A stretch of DNA of 63,904 nucleotides, the filler included, from Octopus bimaculoides (Eukaryota): assembly GCF_001194135.2 (NCBI RefSeq). It is 7 parts of 6 records of this genome, joined end to end, with 100 filler letters (N's around TTAATTAATTAA, not from the genome) between each part and the next. Parts side by side here need not be neighbours in the genome. Positions count along the whole stretch, not along the records: positions 6,848 to 36,561 come from NC_068981.1; positions 36,662 to 43,391 come from NC_068981.1; 5 more parts are not named here. The stretch is one strand, 5' to 3'. A model generated the notes under the pieces. That model was not told the DNA's origin. It was given only the letters and a program-made list of their open reading frames with translations, and did no database searches. Positions 26,290 through 39,818 of this stretch are shown one piece after another (the stretch's first letter is position 1; the number at the start of each line of letters is the position of its first letter). Both the position numbers and the translations under genes were made by a program.

Positions 26290-26790
26290 AAAAATATGAA
26301 CCCATACTGTCAATACATCTTTGTCATTTTAGCGCTAGCTTGTCTAACCCGGAACTGTAGAAGCCTGGCAATCTAGAGTCAGTAAAATCTTAGAAGGCCT
26401 GTTTTACATCATCGTCGGAATTAAATTTTTTCCTATCAAAAAGTTCTAATTCTGGAAGAAATTGTAATCAGTGGGAGCAAGATCAGGTGAGAATGGTGGA
26501 AGATGTAGAACTTCCATCTCCAGCTCCTGTAGTTTCGCCAATGTCATTTTTGTGATATTTGGTCTGGCGTTGTCTTGCAATAAAATAGGAGTGGATCTGT
26601 CGACTAATCTAAACTGTCTTTTTTTTTTTGTAAGTTTCTACATCATTTGGTCCAGTTTGCTGCAGTATTCTTCGGCCATAATTGATGAACCAGGTTTAAT
26701 GAAATCATAATGGATCACATCTTCATACCGTCTGTTGTGTAATAACATTTGGATGAAGTACTCCATTAATAATCCGAGCTATCTGTGATA
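26290..26790 (-). mobile_element. mariner transposase C-terminal fragment
   Basis: Minus frames give SPDLAPTDYNFFQ...RKKFNSDDDVKQAF...GLDKLALK*QRCIDSMGSYF (YSPDLAP motif with third catalytic D) and DFIKPGSSIMAEEYC. Confidence 0.85.
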
Positions 26791-27036
26791 CTGTATTTGC
26801 AAGAAAGAACTCGTATTTCAAATCTGTACGAATTTCCGACATATCCATCTCTAACACAAAATAGCAAAGGATGATTTATAAATACTTTATAAAGCGCAAA
26901 ATGAGCTAGAATAAAGAAATACATGAGTCAGATTTCTAACAAAAATTAAAGATTGTCAAAATATGATAATGGCGCCAAATGATCAGCTTTCAAAATTTAC
27001 CATATACCTTACTAGAAAATGTATACTTCACGATCT

Positions 27037-27085
27037 AACACACACACACACACACGCACACACACACACACATACTCATATGAAT

Positions 27086-27166
<81 letters not shown>

Positions 27167-27220
27167 CAGACAGACATACAGACAGACAGAGACAGAGACA
27201 GAGTCAGAGACAAAGACAGA
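27037..27220. repeat. (CA)n/(GA)n/(GACA)n microsatellite
   Basis: Direct inspection. Confidence 0.95.
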
Positions 27221-29519
27221 GAAAATTCTCAGAAGATCGCAGTCTTCCCTGTCTGCATAAACGTTAGATGCACATTACTGAAGAAGGTGTTTGTTAGTAA
27301 GAATTGTTTTGATATAAAACTTATTAGAAGTGTTTCCACTTCACATAATTCTAATCATATTTCTTTAATTTTCAAAACACACTTTTATATAAACGAAGAT
27401 ACCACTCTAAATTAATAGGTAAACAGTTTCCAATATGATTGTAAATATGACGTGAATATAAGTAGCATGTGATGGGGAACATTATATATCACGTGTATCA
27501 TATTATCTTCTTTCTGAAAACGATGAGACCTCATCATCTTTCAGAGAATCAAAGATTCTCAGAAAAAGAATTTAATTAATCTTCGTAGATAATTTACTTT
27601 GTCTTAGTTTGATGTTTCCTATTGGAAAATATATCTTAAGTTTAATCTAATTCTAGTATTATTCCGCTTTAATTCAGACAATGTTAAGCCCTTTCGTTTA
27701 CGCTTGTTCTATTCTTCTGAGGATTCATAACAAAATTTGCAGCGCATGAATGCTCTTTAATATTTCTTCTTCGATGAGTTTACAAAATAATACGACTGTT
27801 AGCATAATTAATGCCTTAACAATCATACAGCAAGGATAATACACATGAACACAGCTAGAAATTAATATAGCGATATATTCAAGCCAATGTGAAAGTAGCC
27901 AGTATATCGATATATGAAAAGAGAGAAGAAATAATATTTACTTATAATCTGATACATTATCTAGCTGTGTAGATTGTCATATAATACTTAGGTTTCCATA
28001 TCAAAGAGATATGTACAATACAAGGGGAACGCAAGCGTTAATGGAACAATATTTCAACATTAAGTTTTACGTATATCTATATCAGTTTACGTTCATTCAT
28101 AATATATATTTCCTGATACATTTGTCCGAATTCATCAATAGTTATTGTATCGAAGTTAATAATATGAAATTTTCTAACAACATCTCGTTTTGTCATATAA
28201 ACGAACATACTGAAATAATAATGTTATATCTAATCTTTCACATACAATAGATGTTATGCTATAGTTACACCATTGATATAAAATCCAGTTATTATTGGTA
28301 AATTTTTGATAGAACGGGTCACAATACACCATTGGTCGGAATACATCTAGCAATATTTTAGTGCAGTGATTTTACGTGAAATAAAATGTTTACCTTAATT
28401 GATTATTCATTAATTACACAATGTTCTCTCTGCTTTCATGATTGAAATGACACTTAATATCATATCGAAATTCAGATATATAAATTTAGCTAAAAATAGT
28501 TAAAAGCGTTGGCTAAAGTCATAGTCTAAGATCTGTTACGCTAAAATATACTGGCCATTACAGTTGGCATGCACTTTCTTACTCCAATAAATCGCTCAGT
28601 TTAATTCAAACTGCATTTTTATTAGGCATGGAGGTTAATGTTAAGTTAGTCGAGGAAGTTTCCCTGTAACCGGGGACTCGGATTTAATACATTTAACATA
28701 GAGTTATACAGATGAGGAATAATGTTTAACGCACACATTTTGGAACATGTAACGCCATTTCGCAACATATTCGTATTCCACAGAGTGTGCGTGTTTGTTC
28801 ATTTGTGTATATGTATGTGTATGTTTAATAATCTTTCAGACTTAGGCTCAGGGCCAGCATTTTTGAGAGTAGGTTGTTTATCGATAGCAATTAGCTTAGT
28901 ACTTCATAGGTACTTTATTTTAGAGATCTCTTAAGGATGACAGATAGCGTCAATTTGGACGGAATTTTATCCCAGAATTTAAAGATCCTATAGAAAAAAT
29001 GCTAAAGAATTTCTGTAAAGCGCTTAAAATTCAGCCAGCTCGCCACTTTAATATAGATAATATGCAACTTAGTAATAGCAATAATGGTAAGGATTTCAAG
29101 TTTTGGTACAAGCTTATCAATTCTAGGAGAGAGTTTGTTCTGTTACTTCCACCCAAGAATTCAACAAAATGCTCTTCCAGATTGTCTGGAAAATCCAGAA
29201 TTTCGATGCACTAATACTGATAATAATCATTTCATATTTTGTTACTAGTCCAACACAATGAGTGGCAGCAGGCTTGTCGATTACATTGATTCAAGCAACT
29301 GACGTGTATTTGGGTGAGATTTGAACTCAGCACATATAGAACCGGAAAATTGCGCTAAGCATTTTGACTAAGGTGCTAATGATTATGCCACATCACCACA
29401 TACATAGTATTAACAATTTTGGTTTCAAATTTAGTCAGAAAGCCGGAAATTTAGAAAGAGACGGCAATTCAATTTCAGTGGCACTAGTGCACAACTTATA
29501 CTATTTTGATCACTTTCAG

Positions 29520-29673
29520 GGCTGAGCTGGTACTTATTTTATCGACCACCGTCGGATGGAAGTGTAAAGTCGAACTCGGCGGAATGTGAACTCAGAATAT
29601 TAAAAGAAAAATAAGAGGAAATACCGCTACCTATTTTGCCCGACGTGCTAAAAACTATACCATTTCATCGCCT
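29520..29673 (-). mobile_element. SINE family A copy (older copies also at ~28850-29050 and ~29270-29400)
   Basis: ctggtacttattttatcgacc...gtcgaactcggcggaatgtgaactcagaa. Confidence 0.8.
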
Positions 29674-29680
29674 TCATGCT

Positions 29681-29719
<39 letters not shown>

Positions 29720-29759
29720 TATAACAACAACAACAATAATAAGTGAGCTTGTAAATAGC

Positions 29760-30775
29760 CAGAGGGAGAAGAAGGATATAAGTAATCGGGTGCCTTTAAA
29801 AGTCTGCAAGTTGAATAAGATCAATGAGAAATAAAAAAAGATGTTTTAAAAAAGAATATCTCAGATGAGACTTGCAATGTCTACTAAATTCGATGAGGAA
29901 TAAGATGGAAGTAACAAATACGTGGGATGTGACACTCATGCGCTACGGGGTAGGAGTTATTAAATGGAAGATAGGCGAATGCGAAAGAGAAGAAAACTAA
30001 GAGATTCATAACAGTGACTAAAGTAATCAATGCCAGGAGTAATGATGCAATAGTGTATGTTGGAGGAAAGAAAGGAAGTAAAGTACTCACCAATAAGTTG
30101 TAAATCGTGCATTGATGCTCTGGTGGGCCGTGCCCAGGAGCAGGGTCTCCGAACAAACTACCTTATACATTATCTTCACTAAACAAAAGAATCACCATTT
30201 CGTAGAGTGTGTGGTACAAAAGCAGAAACGGTCATTCATCACCTATGCGAATATGCTAAATTGGCACAGAGATATTTCAAAAGAGAGCATGATAATATAG
30301 CCAGATATATGTATCAGTTGATATCTGAGGTATGTGCGGTTGTGAGTGAAAGCAAATGGCTTGCGCCGAAATCAAATGAGCTTTTAGAAAATTAAAAATT
30401 TTAGCTTTTTGGGGACTTACCAATTCAATGTGATATAATGTTGTAAGCAAGAAATCCTGACATTGTTGTCGTCATCAAGACAGACAAGACGCCCAAATTA
30501 TCGATATCTCTATATCAGGAGATAACATAGAGAAAGATAAAAAACATGAAAAGATGGAGAAGTATAACCACCGAAGGAGGTTGGAAAGTTGTACAGAAAG
30601 ATGAACGTTCTTACGAGTCAAGTGGGAATCGGTGCATTGGAATATATATCGGACAGTTTCGGGGGCTGTGTAATTAACGTCGAAATTCATGCAAGCTTAC
30701 AAGTCTTCAAAAAGACAGCACTTTTTGGTACAGTAAGTATTTTAATGAAAGTCTTGCCTATGAAAGCCGCAAGAG
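29760..30775 (+). mobile_element. R4/Dong-clade non-LTR retrotransposon, C-terminal CCHC + restriction-like endonuclease region, decayed
   Basis: Frameshifted pieces CGTKAETVIHHLCEYAKLAQRYFKREHDNIARY (CCHC-derived, RHD-like), WDLPIQCD...RNPDIVVV (PD motif), VGIGALE and LQVFKKTALFGTVSILMKVL. Confidence 0.8.
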
Positions 30776-30956
30776 AGAAAACAGTGAGGGACATTTGTCA
30801 AACTGTTGTTGATTTCTCTCAAATTGAAATGTCCAGACCGTTTAATATCTAATGTTTTAAGACGTACAAAACCAAATGAATATGGTGGTGGTGGTGGTTG
30901 GTGGTGGTGGCGGCGGCGGTAGTGGTGGTGGTNNNNNNNNNNGGTGATCATGGTGG

Positions 30957-30990
<34 letters not shown>

Positions 30991-31289
30991 ATCATGAGCA
31001 CCCAGAGAGCGGAAACCTCCGCTATGGCAACCCCAACGTCTACTCAACGATTAGCCGGAGATGGTTTTTAAAATGAGAATATCTGAAATAAACTCAACTG
31101 CTCTCAAAAACGAATATACTAAAAATTAATCCGACCGCTCTCAAAAATTTAGTTAAAAGAGTGGTAAAATAATCCAGAATCCTTTTTCCAGTTCCGGATT
31201 GATCCCAATGATAATTATGGAATGTGAAGGTGAGTGCGCGTGCCATGTTTGTAATACTCTGTGTGTGTCGCCCCCAGTGGTAACAGGGA

Positions 31290-31500
31290 GAGTTTTCTCT
31301 ATGAAGGCTATTTTTTAGTTTATCCACTGATATAGTCCCTTTACGACCATTAAGATCTATAGTGAAAAATTTATCCCTGCGTGAAAGAAAACGGAAAGAA
31401 TCTGCATACGGTGCTGTTAACGGAGGTTTAACAAGATCATTGCGCACAAAAAACGTGAGTTCAAGAAGTAAAGCTTCTTTCAAGGCACAGCTTGACATGA
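31290..31500 (-). mobile_element. Gypsy LTR-retrotransposon integrase C-terminal (GPY/F) fragment
   Basis: VKPPLTAPYADSFRFLSRRDKFFTIDLNGRKGTISVDKLK matches the recalled PL.PPY.GPF...VS.DRLK region. Confidence 0.75.
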
Positions 31501-31789
31501 AATTGTCAAGTGGGTAAAAGGTTTTAAAAGAAGCGATATATTCAAAACTAGTAAAACTAAAAATTGTCGAGGATAAATTAAATTTATCATTGCTAATGAA
31601 TATATGTTAGTGTTATTTAATTTGTAAACTGTTTCGCTGCCGTTTGTTTATTTAAATTGATTTCTTTATGCATCAGTTTCTACTAAGAAACGCGTGTAAA
31701 AATAATAATAATAATAATACAGAAACGCTAATAAACCTTTGGAAACAGCAATGCCACCATAGCTTACATGGAAACTAAGAGTGTGCTTT

Positions 31790-32046
31790 CAAGGGAGATA
31801 ATCAGAGAAATGTAAGGTTGTCGTACTTCATATAAAGTAAAGTAAATATATTAAATAATCCAGAATCCTTGTTCGATAGAGGATCGATACCATAATTTAA
31901 TCTGTTCGTGCCAGTCACGAGGCCAAACTTCAACGAAAGTTTCATCCGAATCCATCCAGCAGTTCCTAAGATATCTTGTCCACGGACATGCAAATAAACA
32001 AACAAACACCAGTGAAAACAATATCTCCGCCTTTACTAAGACGGAA

Positions 32047-32047
<1 letters not shown>
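31790..32047. mobile_element. Helentron/HINE-like non-autonomous element
   Basis: aagtttcatccgaatccatccagcagttcctaagatatc, (AAAC)n and a terminal degenerate hairpin ctccgcc...gacggaag followed by gtaataa. Confidence 0.55.
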
Positions 32048-32132
<85 letters not shown>

Positions 32133-32170
32133 AAGAAGAAGAAGAAGAAGAAGAAGAAGAAGAAGAAGAA
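32048..32170. repeat. (TAA)n(GAA)n microsatellite
   Basis: Direct inspection. Confidence 0.95.
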
Positions 32171-35059
32171 TCGCTGTGTAAGGCCAGATCAAATAGTGTA
32201 TTTTCTATGCATTACTAGTACGAAAGATAACCCGCCGGATATGTATAAAGAAGTGAATACCCAAATTTAAATAAATGGTAGTTACATATTAGAGCAAATA
32301 TATATATATATATATATAGATATATAGATATATACATATATACACATATATCCATCCCCCCAACACACTCTCTTTCTCTCACACAGACACACAAGCACAC
32401 ACACACATCTATATCCACAGAAATACTTATTTTGTGTATAATATGTATGTGTGTCTGTGTGTAGATATCATTACGTATATATGATGATGATGATGATAAA
32501 AAGTTTACAACCTATTGCTTCATTCTCACTTGTAGCTTAAAGAACGCAGGTATTTCCCATGTAAATGGGAACAAAATTAAAAGGAATATTCAAATTATTA
32601 TATTCTGTTTTTTATAAGAGCTTGATTGATCTATAGAAATTAATAACGCCCTCGGTTCATATTTTCTTTGTCGCTTGCAAATCTATGATATTGATACTAG
32701 TGAAATGTCAAAGACGTGTATTTAATAACAGATTTTTGGTGAATGCTTTAAAGTGTGTCGTTGTACTTGCTAAGATCATCAAAGCTTTAAGTCTATTAAT
32801 ATAACTAATACTGAATAAGATTTGATGGTTATATTTCGTATCATGTATGTTGAGTATTTGACAGTGTTACTTGTAGTTATATAGAGAATATCAGACTAGT
32901 TTTAAGTTTTAGTCTTGTTGTTTACATTAGCTTTTATGTGTTTGCGTTTCTTTGTACTTGTGCGTGCTTCTATGCGTGTGAGTGTGTTGAAGTGTGAATG
33001 CTAAAAACACCCACCAAACTAAAAATCCTATTGTTAGAAATTGCTGAACAGGAAATGTAGCGAGTTCGTGACTGACATTAATATTGTCTGTATAACACGA
33101 AGAATGTGTTACAAAAGGCCATATTCCTATCTATAACTTCATTAACCAGCATAAACAAAAACGCTGATTGGGTGAGAGAGTAGGTCATTATTTCAAATCT
33201 GCTTCAGGAACATTTATTGTGTAAAGCATTTCATTACACATTCGATTCGATTCAATTAAGTTCAATGGAATTTATTGTTGTCGTATTTACAATAACATAT
33301 ATTTCTGTTTACAATCTTTCATTCAGAGATAAAACAGGAAATGATAATCGGGAGCATCATCTATTGCTAAGCCTCCTTTATCACGTTCGGTCTAGTAATT
33401 AACGCATAGTATTACATCACACACGTTGAGAACGTCTGTGGAATAGATAATGTTGCCCTTGAGATAGTAAAATATACTGTTGACATAAAAATCATGCCGA
33501 CAGAATAATATCCAAGCTGAACGCCTATGTGCTTTATCCGATTTCAATTTATTGGATCGGATGCGTTCTGTGAAATTAATCCATTACAAGTTTTGCTTTG
33601 AAAAACAGTCTACAGCGCACCTTCTAACACGCATGGTATCAAACCTCGATTGGCTTCACTTGCGGATATGTACGTTAATCATCTTTTCTCTCTTATGCCT
33701 AATAAAGACGACCTACGGGTTAATACCACATCGCACTGTATGTTTATATTCTATATTTCGTTCATCATTTTGAAGAGTTGTATAAAGATAATGTTAAATT
33801 TATATATTTATATATCACTCGGTTTGTTGAGATTTAGTAACAATGAAGAGCCTGCGCGTGTGAGAATCATATGCATCTCCTTGAGTGAATATTTATTGGT
33901 AGACATTGTCGGAAAATATTTGGACCCAAAAGCATTGGCAGAAGTAAAAGGTCTTGATATGATAGATTGTATTGTGTTGTTATGGTGGCACCGCAATGGA
34001 ATATCAGAAGTGACATGGCCGTATAAGATTTTTTTACTTGATGAGTAACATAAGTAGGTAGTTCCGAATATTGGACCATATCTTAATGAAAAATCCCATG
34101 TTTCGTTTCTTCCGTTGTGTAATTACGTCAGGTTGTTTTACTTAATTGTCAGTTCTGGTAAGTTCCACGAATAGTAGTACTCGCTCTTCATTATAGAAAT
34201 TATATCCATCACTCCCCTTAGATTCATGGAAAAGAATTTGCTTTTGATTATCCATGTGTCTGAGTATAATGACCATGGACTAAAAGAAAATAAGTGTGGG
34301 TCACATGTAATTTAGTAGTTACTGTGTAGAGGAGAAAGAAATATCGTTTACTGAGGGTTTTTTGTAATTAATTTGCTGAGGTAAGTTTCAGCCCTGTGGT
34401 TGTATAATCCTTGAAAATAATTTAGTAATAAGACCATATTAACATCCTTTGTTGTATGTATACTTGTTCATCAAAGACACCTTCCAATTATTCTGTTAGC
34501 AAATGCCATTCAAATATGATAGTTTACTAATTCACATGTTTGAATATCTAGTCGGTTGGACATAGTTATAAATTTCGATTGTTCCCTGATTTATATATAC
34601 ACTAGAGCACAATATCATGCTACTGGTCATTGGTCTGTCATCAAGTATCACAGTTGAAGCACTTCGATTTTTCGGAGAAAATAAACGTCGTATCTGGGAT
34701 AGGATAAGAAAGAGTATTTTCATCCGAAAAATACTTTGAGGTGATTGTAAAATAAATGTATAAACAGAAAGAAGTATTTTCTGTGAAGTGCTTCGGGAAT
34801 TTGAAGAATTTCATTTGTGAGTTATTGCCAGAAGAGAAATAGACATCTTTTTTTTTTATCTGCTCAGCAAGCATATTTGGAGCAAGTATTTAGAAATTCA
34901 TAATACTGGAGATTCATATTTATTATTAATTTGATGTTGGTGGAGTATAATACTAATGTTAAACTACATCATATATGTTTATTAAACTTTTTACTAAATG
35001 TTACGACACTATATTTTATAGTTTAGTCAGTCACTGGCCATCATTGATATTTTACTTAC

Positions 35060-35184
35060 GATATTCCTCTACAATGAAAGCAAAGCGATAGATCCATTGA
35101 TGTTTGACACTATGTCCCTTCGGCATTACTGGTTGGAAATATACTCCCATGACAATAATATAAATAGCGAACGAGTATAATTGT
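35060..35184 (-). CDS. Candidate 125-nt coding exon, membrane-protein-like (QLYSFAIYIIVMGVYFQPVMPKGHSVKHQWIYRFAFIVEEY)
   Basis: catttatatttcag acceptor, GTAAGT donor, open frame with a hydrophobic helix then FQPV...EEY; loose resemblance to TRPM S1-S2 (from memory). Confidence 0.25.
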
Positions 35185-36523
35185 CTGAAATATAAATGTA
35201 GTTTCTGCACTGATTATGATTGATGTATTTTTCAGTCATGAATTTTCTCTCCAACGTTGTTATTATGATGTACAAGTTAGACTGGTGTAGACAGTCGGCT
35301 ATAAATCTGAGAGTAAGGAAAAATATAAAAACTAGAATTGCCAATGGTACTGCCGACCGATCAATAGATATTTCGACATACTTCGTTTGCAAAATACATT
35401 TTCATAAAGAAAAGTCAATGTGAATTTATACGCCGGTGACTGGCACGTTCGTATATCAATTTACACAGGGTTATTGGGCGAACGCAATGATGACACATAG
35501 ATTTCATTGGAATTGATCAGGCATATGGCTTATTACTGACTGGACAATATTAACAACCAACAATTATTGAGAAATTAGTTGGGTATGTTTGCTCAAGTGA
35601 TTATTTTTAGTAACCTACATTATAGAAACTGGCACAAAGGAACAGATATATACATTCAGAGTTTAATAAATGCAATAATCAATAAATATTGTTAAAAGCC
35701 AATAGGAAATACAAGGACAATATACAATATACTTGATCAAGAATATTTCAGCTATTTTCAGCGAAAGCTATTAATGATAGAATATCGGGCAATATAAATT
35801 ACTATGCCATAGAAAGACATGCAATATTGTATTAAGCTCTAGATTAACATATTTCTATTTTGGTATAACATGTTTAAGTATGTTTTGTAGAAAAGGCAAT
35901 ATGTTCGACATATCCAACATCGTCAACAATTTATATTTCAAATACTTATGTAATGTGTATGCGGTCGAGGATGCCGTAGCATTATTTAGGATAAATGCAT
36001 TTCCATCTAACATTATAGCAGTGTTTGTATTGAATTAGAAACAATGGTAAAATAGTAAACTGTTGGAATATATCAATCTCCGCAAAGTTAAATAGATTAA
36101 TTACGGAAACAATATAAAAATATTGCTCTATGTCAGTTTAATTGAATACGGCAATGTCGTATTCCAGAGACAAAGTTGTATCTAATTACAAATGAGACCG
36201 GTAAGTAAATAATTTTAAAGTTTAGCACTAAATAATTTCACTTCCAGTATTTTACTAGCTATCATTAATAAAGTCTATTGTATATTTATTATATAGTTCA
36301 TTGTTTTTGTAAATGCGAATAATTTTCTGAACTGACATATATTCCAAAATTTCAAGTCACGAGATTTACAATAGATATGGACAAAACAATATATGCATTC
36401 AATATACAAATAGAAAAATATCAATAACACATAAAATAAATTCGTTATTATTAACATCGTTATTCGCGCCGCATATGAAAGAGTGATCAATAATTGCTTG
36501 CTCATATGATCAAAACACGCTTT

Positions 36524-36559
<36 letters not shown>

Positions 36560-36661
36560 GTNNNNNNNNNNNNNNNNNNNNNNNNNNNNNNNNNNNNNNN
36601 NNNNNTTAATTAATTAANNNNNNNNNNNNNNNNNNNNNNNNNNNNNNNNNNNNNNNNNNNN

Positions 36662-36973
36662 ACTGGCCTTCGTAGGATTTTCGAGCGAGATCGTTGCCAG
36701 TGCCCCTGGACTGGCTTGTGTGGGTGGCACATAAAAGACACCATTTCGAGCGTGGCCGTTGCCAGTATCGCCTGACTGGCCTTCGTGCAGGTGACACATA
36801 AAAGCACTCACTACACTCTCTGAGTGGTTGGCATTAGGAAGGGCATCCAGCTGTAGAAACTCTGCCAAATTTAGATTGGAGCCTGGTGTTGCCATCCGGT
36901 TTCACCAGTCCTCAGTCAAATCGTCCAACCCATGCTAGCATGGAAAGCGGACGTTAAACGATGATGATGATGA
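36662..36973 (+). mobile_element. RTE-tail-type SINE/LINE 3' end, family C
   Basis: ggttggcattaggaagggcatccagctgtagaaac...catgctagcatggaaagcggacgttaaacgatgatga with (GAT)n tail; homologous to 61931-62265. Confidence 0.85.
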
Positions 36974-36979
36974 TATATG

Positions 36980-37755
36980 TACGAGGTCTAATCAATAATT
37001 ATCCAGACTGCTGCCATAGTAATGAAGCTAAAGCATAGTGAGTAAATCCGTTTGGCACAGATTGACCTTGAACTCTGCTGTACATGTGCACTAAGTTTTA
37101 ACATTCTAGCTCACTTCCACTGTTTACAGCAGTGCTTGGAAGGAAAGTGGGTAGCACGTGATCATTGCATTGACCATGACAAAGATAACTATAGAGGCCT
37201 ATGCAAAGTTGCAGAAAGTGTATGAGTGGTCCAGATATTTCCAAGATGGCTGAATAAATGTCGATGTTGATGAATGTTCTGGGAGACCCACAACTGGTAG
37301 AACTGAGGAAAAACATCGCAGATGTGTATGCAGCTGTAAGAGGAATCGCTGACATCACCATCCGTGAGTTATCAGAGTACGTGCAGATTAGTTATAGTTC
37401 AGTTCAGTCGATTATCACTGAAGATTTGCGTATGAGATGCGTGTGCCAAACTTGTGCCAAAATTACTTTCAGCTGAGCAAAAAGACACTCGGGTTTCAGT
37501 TGCACAAGATCTTGATTGTCTCAAGAATGATGAAATCCTTTAGAAAACTTTGCGTAGGCCTCTGAGCAGGTATCGCCAAGCTTTTGGCAAAATTTGATGC
37601 AGATTCTCTGCTCGACTTTCTCTGTCATGGTCAATGCAATGATCACATGCTACACACCTTCCTTCCAAGCACTGCTGTAAACAGCGAAAGTGAGCTAGAA
37701 TGTTAAAACTTAGTGTGCATGCACAGCAGAGAGTTTGAGGCCAATCTGTGCCAAG
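36980..37755. mobile_element. mariner foldback derivative: two 5' ends in inverted orientation
   Basis: TA-cgagg start; plus copy encodes SGRPTTGRTEENIADV...ITIRELSEYVQISYSSVQSIITEDLRMR; 37052-37182 is mirrored at 37622-37755, whose minus strand continues MTEKVEQRICIKFCQKLGDTCSEAYAK. Confidence 0.85.
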
Positions 37756-38025
37756 CAGCTATATACATATATATAACTTTTAATCCAGACGTGTTTTTTC
37801 TCTCTCTTTGTTTTTCTTCTCTCCATCTGTTTTCTCTCCTCATTCCTTTCTGTAGAAGAGCATAGGCTTGAAATGCTAAAGACTCTTCCATTTTCCTGAG
37901 TGTCAGGCTAATACCCTTTGTTTGTTGCTCTGACCTTTTTCCCTGTCTTGTTTGTTTTTGTTTTTGTACAGTTTTCAACCATATGTGTGAGTGAGATTGT
38001 GCATGCGTGTGTGTGTGTGTGTGTG

Positions 38026-38077
<52 letters not shown>

Positions 38078-38199
38078 GACTAGAGAGGTATGAAGCTAGT
38101 ATGCTCTGTTAGATGTGTAATGTCAGTGTGCATGTATGTAAAAGTGTAAATGTGTTGAGAGAAAAACTAAGCATAAAAGAAATCAGTTGCAGCAGGCAA

Positions 38200-38400
38200 G
38201 AGAGAAGACTACATTGGTTTGGTTATGTGATGCATATGGATTTAGTTACATAGAGTGGATGGAACCTGTGGAAGAGGGAGACCCAGGAAGACATGGGATA
38301 AATTAGAGAAGGCTGATCTCAAGTTGTTGAGCCTTATGGAAGAGATAACAAAGAACTGTGATAATTAGCTATTTGCTGTACTTTAAATCTATGTCATAAT
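38200..38400 (+). mobile_element. RTE-clade LINE ORF C-terminal remnant
   Basis: GTCGRGRPRKTWDKLEKADLKLLSLMEEITKN fits the RGRPRKTW...DL C-terminal motif of RTE elements. Confidence 0.7.
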
Positions 38401-39320
38401 GATGAAAATTAGTTAAGAGCATTTGTTTATGCTTGTACATTTCCATGCACCTAATCTATCCCCTCAAGCATTCCTCACATCTCATCCTCCTAACACCTAT
38501 TCATCTGTCACTTTTTTAACTATGGTACTACTCAACTATAATCATCATCTGAAAGCAGAATTGACACATATTTCATTCCTCCTGTTTGCACTACCAGTTG
38601 CCTCCTTCTTCCTCTATTAACCATCATCCCTCATTCTCATTATCATCCCTTTCCCTTGTCAACCACCCACTTTCTGTGCTTTCAGTTATCCCCCCCTTCT
38701 CTGATCTACCTTTTAGAACTGTTCATAACTCATCTTTAAGACCTCTCATGCTGGTTATCATTCTCTATGCCCTCTCATAGCTAACATCAATGTCCCTCCC
38801 ACTGTTCGCCCCTCACTATAACCACCATTATGTACCACTGACATCCATTGTCTCTGTCACTGTACATTACCTTGCTTATCATCCACCTACTTTCTGATCT
38901 ATCCTCTTTCCTGAGCCACTCTGTTCTCTCAACTTACTCCTCCTCCATACTGATATTTCCTATTAATCACATGTGTTTATCACTCACTACAGTCACCCCT
39001 ACCTGCAGATGGTTATCCTCGCTGCACCTGATTTACTGTCCAAATTTTCTTTTATATTCACCTTGTACTTGTGAGTTTGCTCTGTTACATTGTCATCTCA
39101 GCCACTCACACACTTATATAATGTAGGATAGCCATGTATTTCCTCTATAGTAAAACACCTGTACTTGTCTCTTATCCTTCATACCGTATCACTTTACCGA
39201 ATGAATTAAATATGCATTTCCAAGAATGTGTGTGCGTGTGTGTATCTATTTCATTATATATGGGAACTGCAATTGACAGAACTCAATTCAGACGAATTAT
39301 GAAATAGTTACTTATTGATA

Positions 39321-39426
39321 GCTGTGCAGTGTAGCTCTCATTACATTAACGGAAGACACTTTATGGATCTACAGAAAAATCTTAGATTCTGTCAGGACTG
39401 TCTAAATAATAAAGGGATAATTCAAG
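39321..39426 (+). CDS. Candidate coding exon (VQCSSHYINGRHFMDLQKNLRFCQDCLNNKGIIQ)
   Basis: Open frame ending at a strong CAAG/GTGAGT donor; acceptor ambiguous (tgatag at 39320 or ctacag at 39374). Confidence 0.2.
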
Positions 39427-39818
39427 GTGAGTTTCTGCTTGAAATGTCGTATAAGGTGAGTAAGTCTTAGAAAATAGAATAAGCACACGCCATGTATCGC
39501 CCAAGGGCACTAACTCTGTATTTCATCTAACTGAATTAATTCCCCTTATATCATATTTCTCACAATAAGTCCGCATGTGTTTCACATACTAGTCATGCTG
39601 GTTAAGGGGAAGTTAAAACAAACTACTAACAGAATACGAGTGACAGAGCCCCTACATTTAGGGTTTGTTGTAAATCAAAACGAAACTGCAAATTTTTATA
39701 GTGAATTATATTTCATTTATCAATTACACACACAAACACACACACACACACACACACACACAGATATAAAATATAGACATATATACATACATCATATATA
39801 CACATATATTTATATATT

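Noticed and set aside
33609-34740. Several protein-looking frames on both strands
   Set aside because: Each terminates quickly, the frames are mutually inconsistent and no family motif is recognised; cannot separate from chance or very old TE.
36890-36922. CTGAGGA-CTGGT-GAAA in SINE family C (minus strand)
   Set aside because: Stem II cannot form and GAAA is not kept in the other copies (GAAC).
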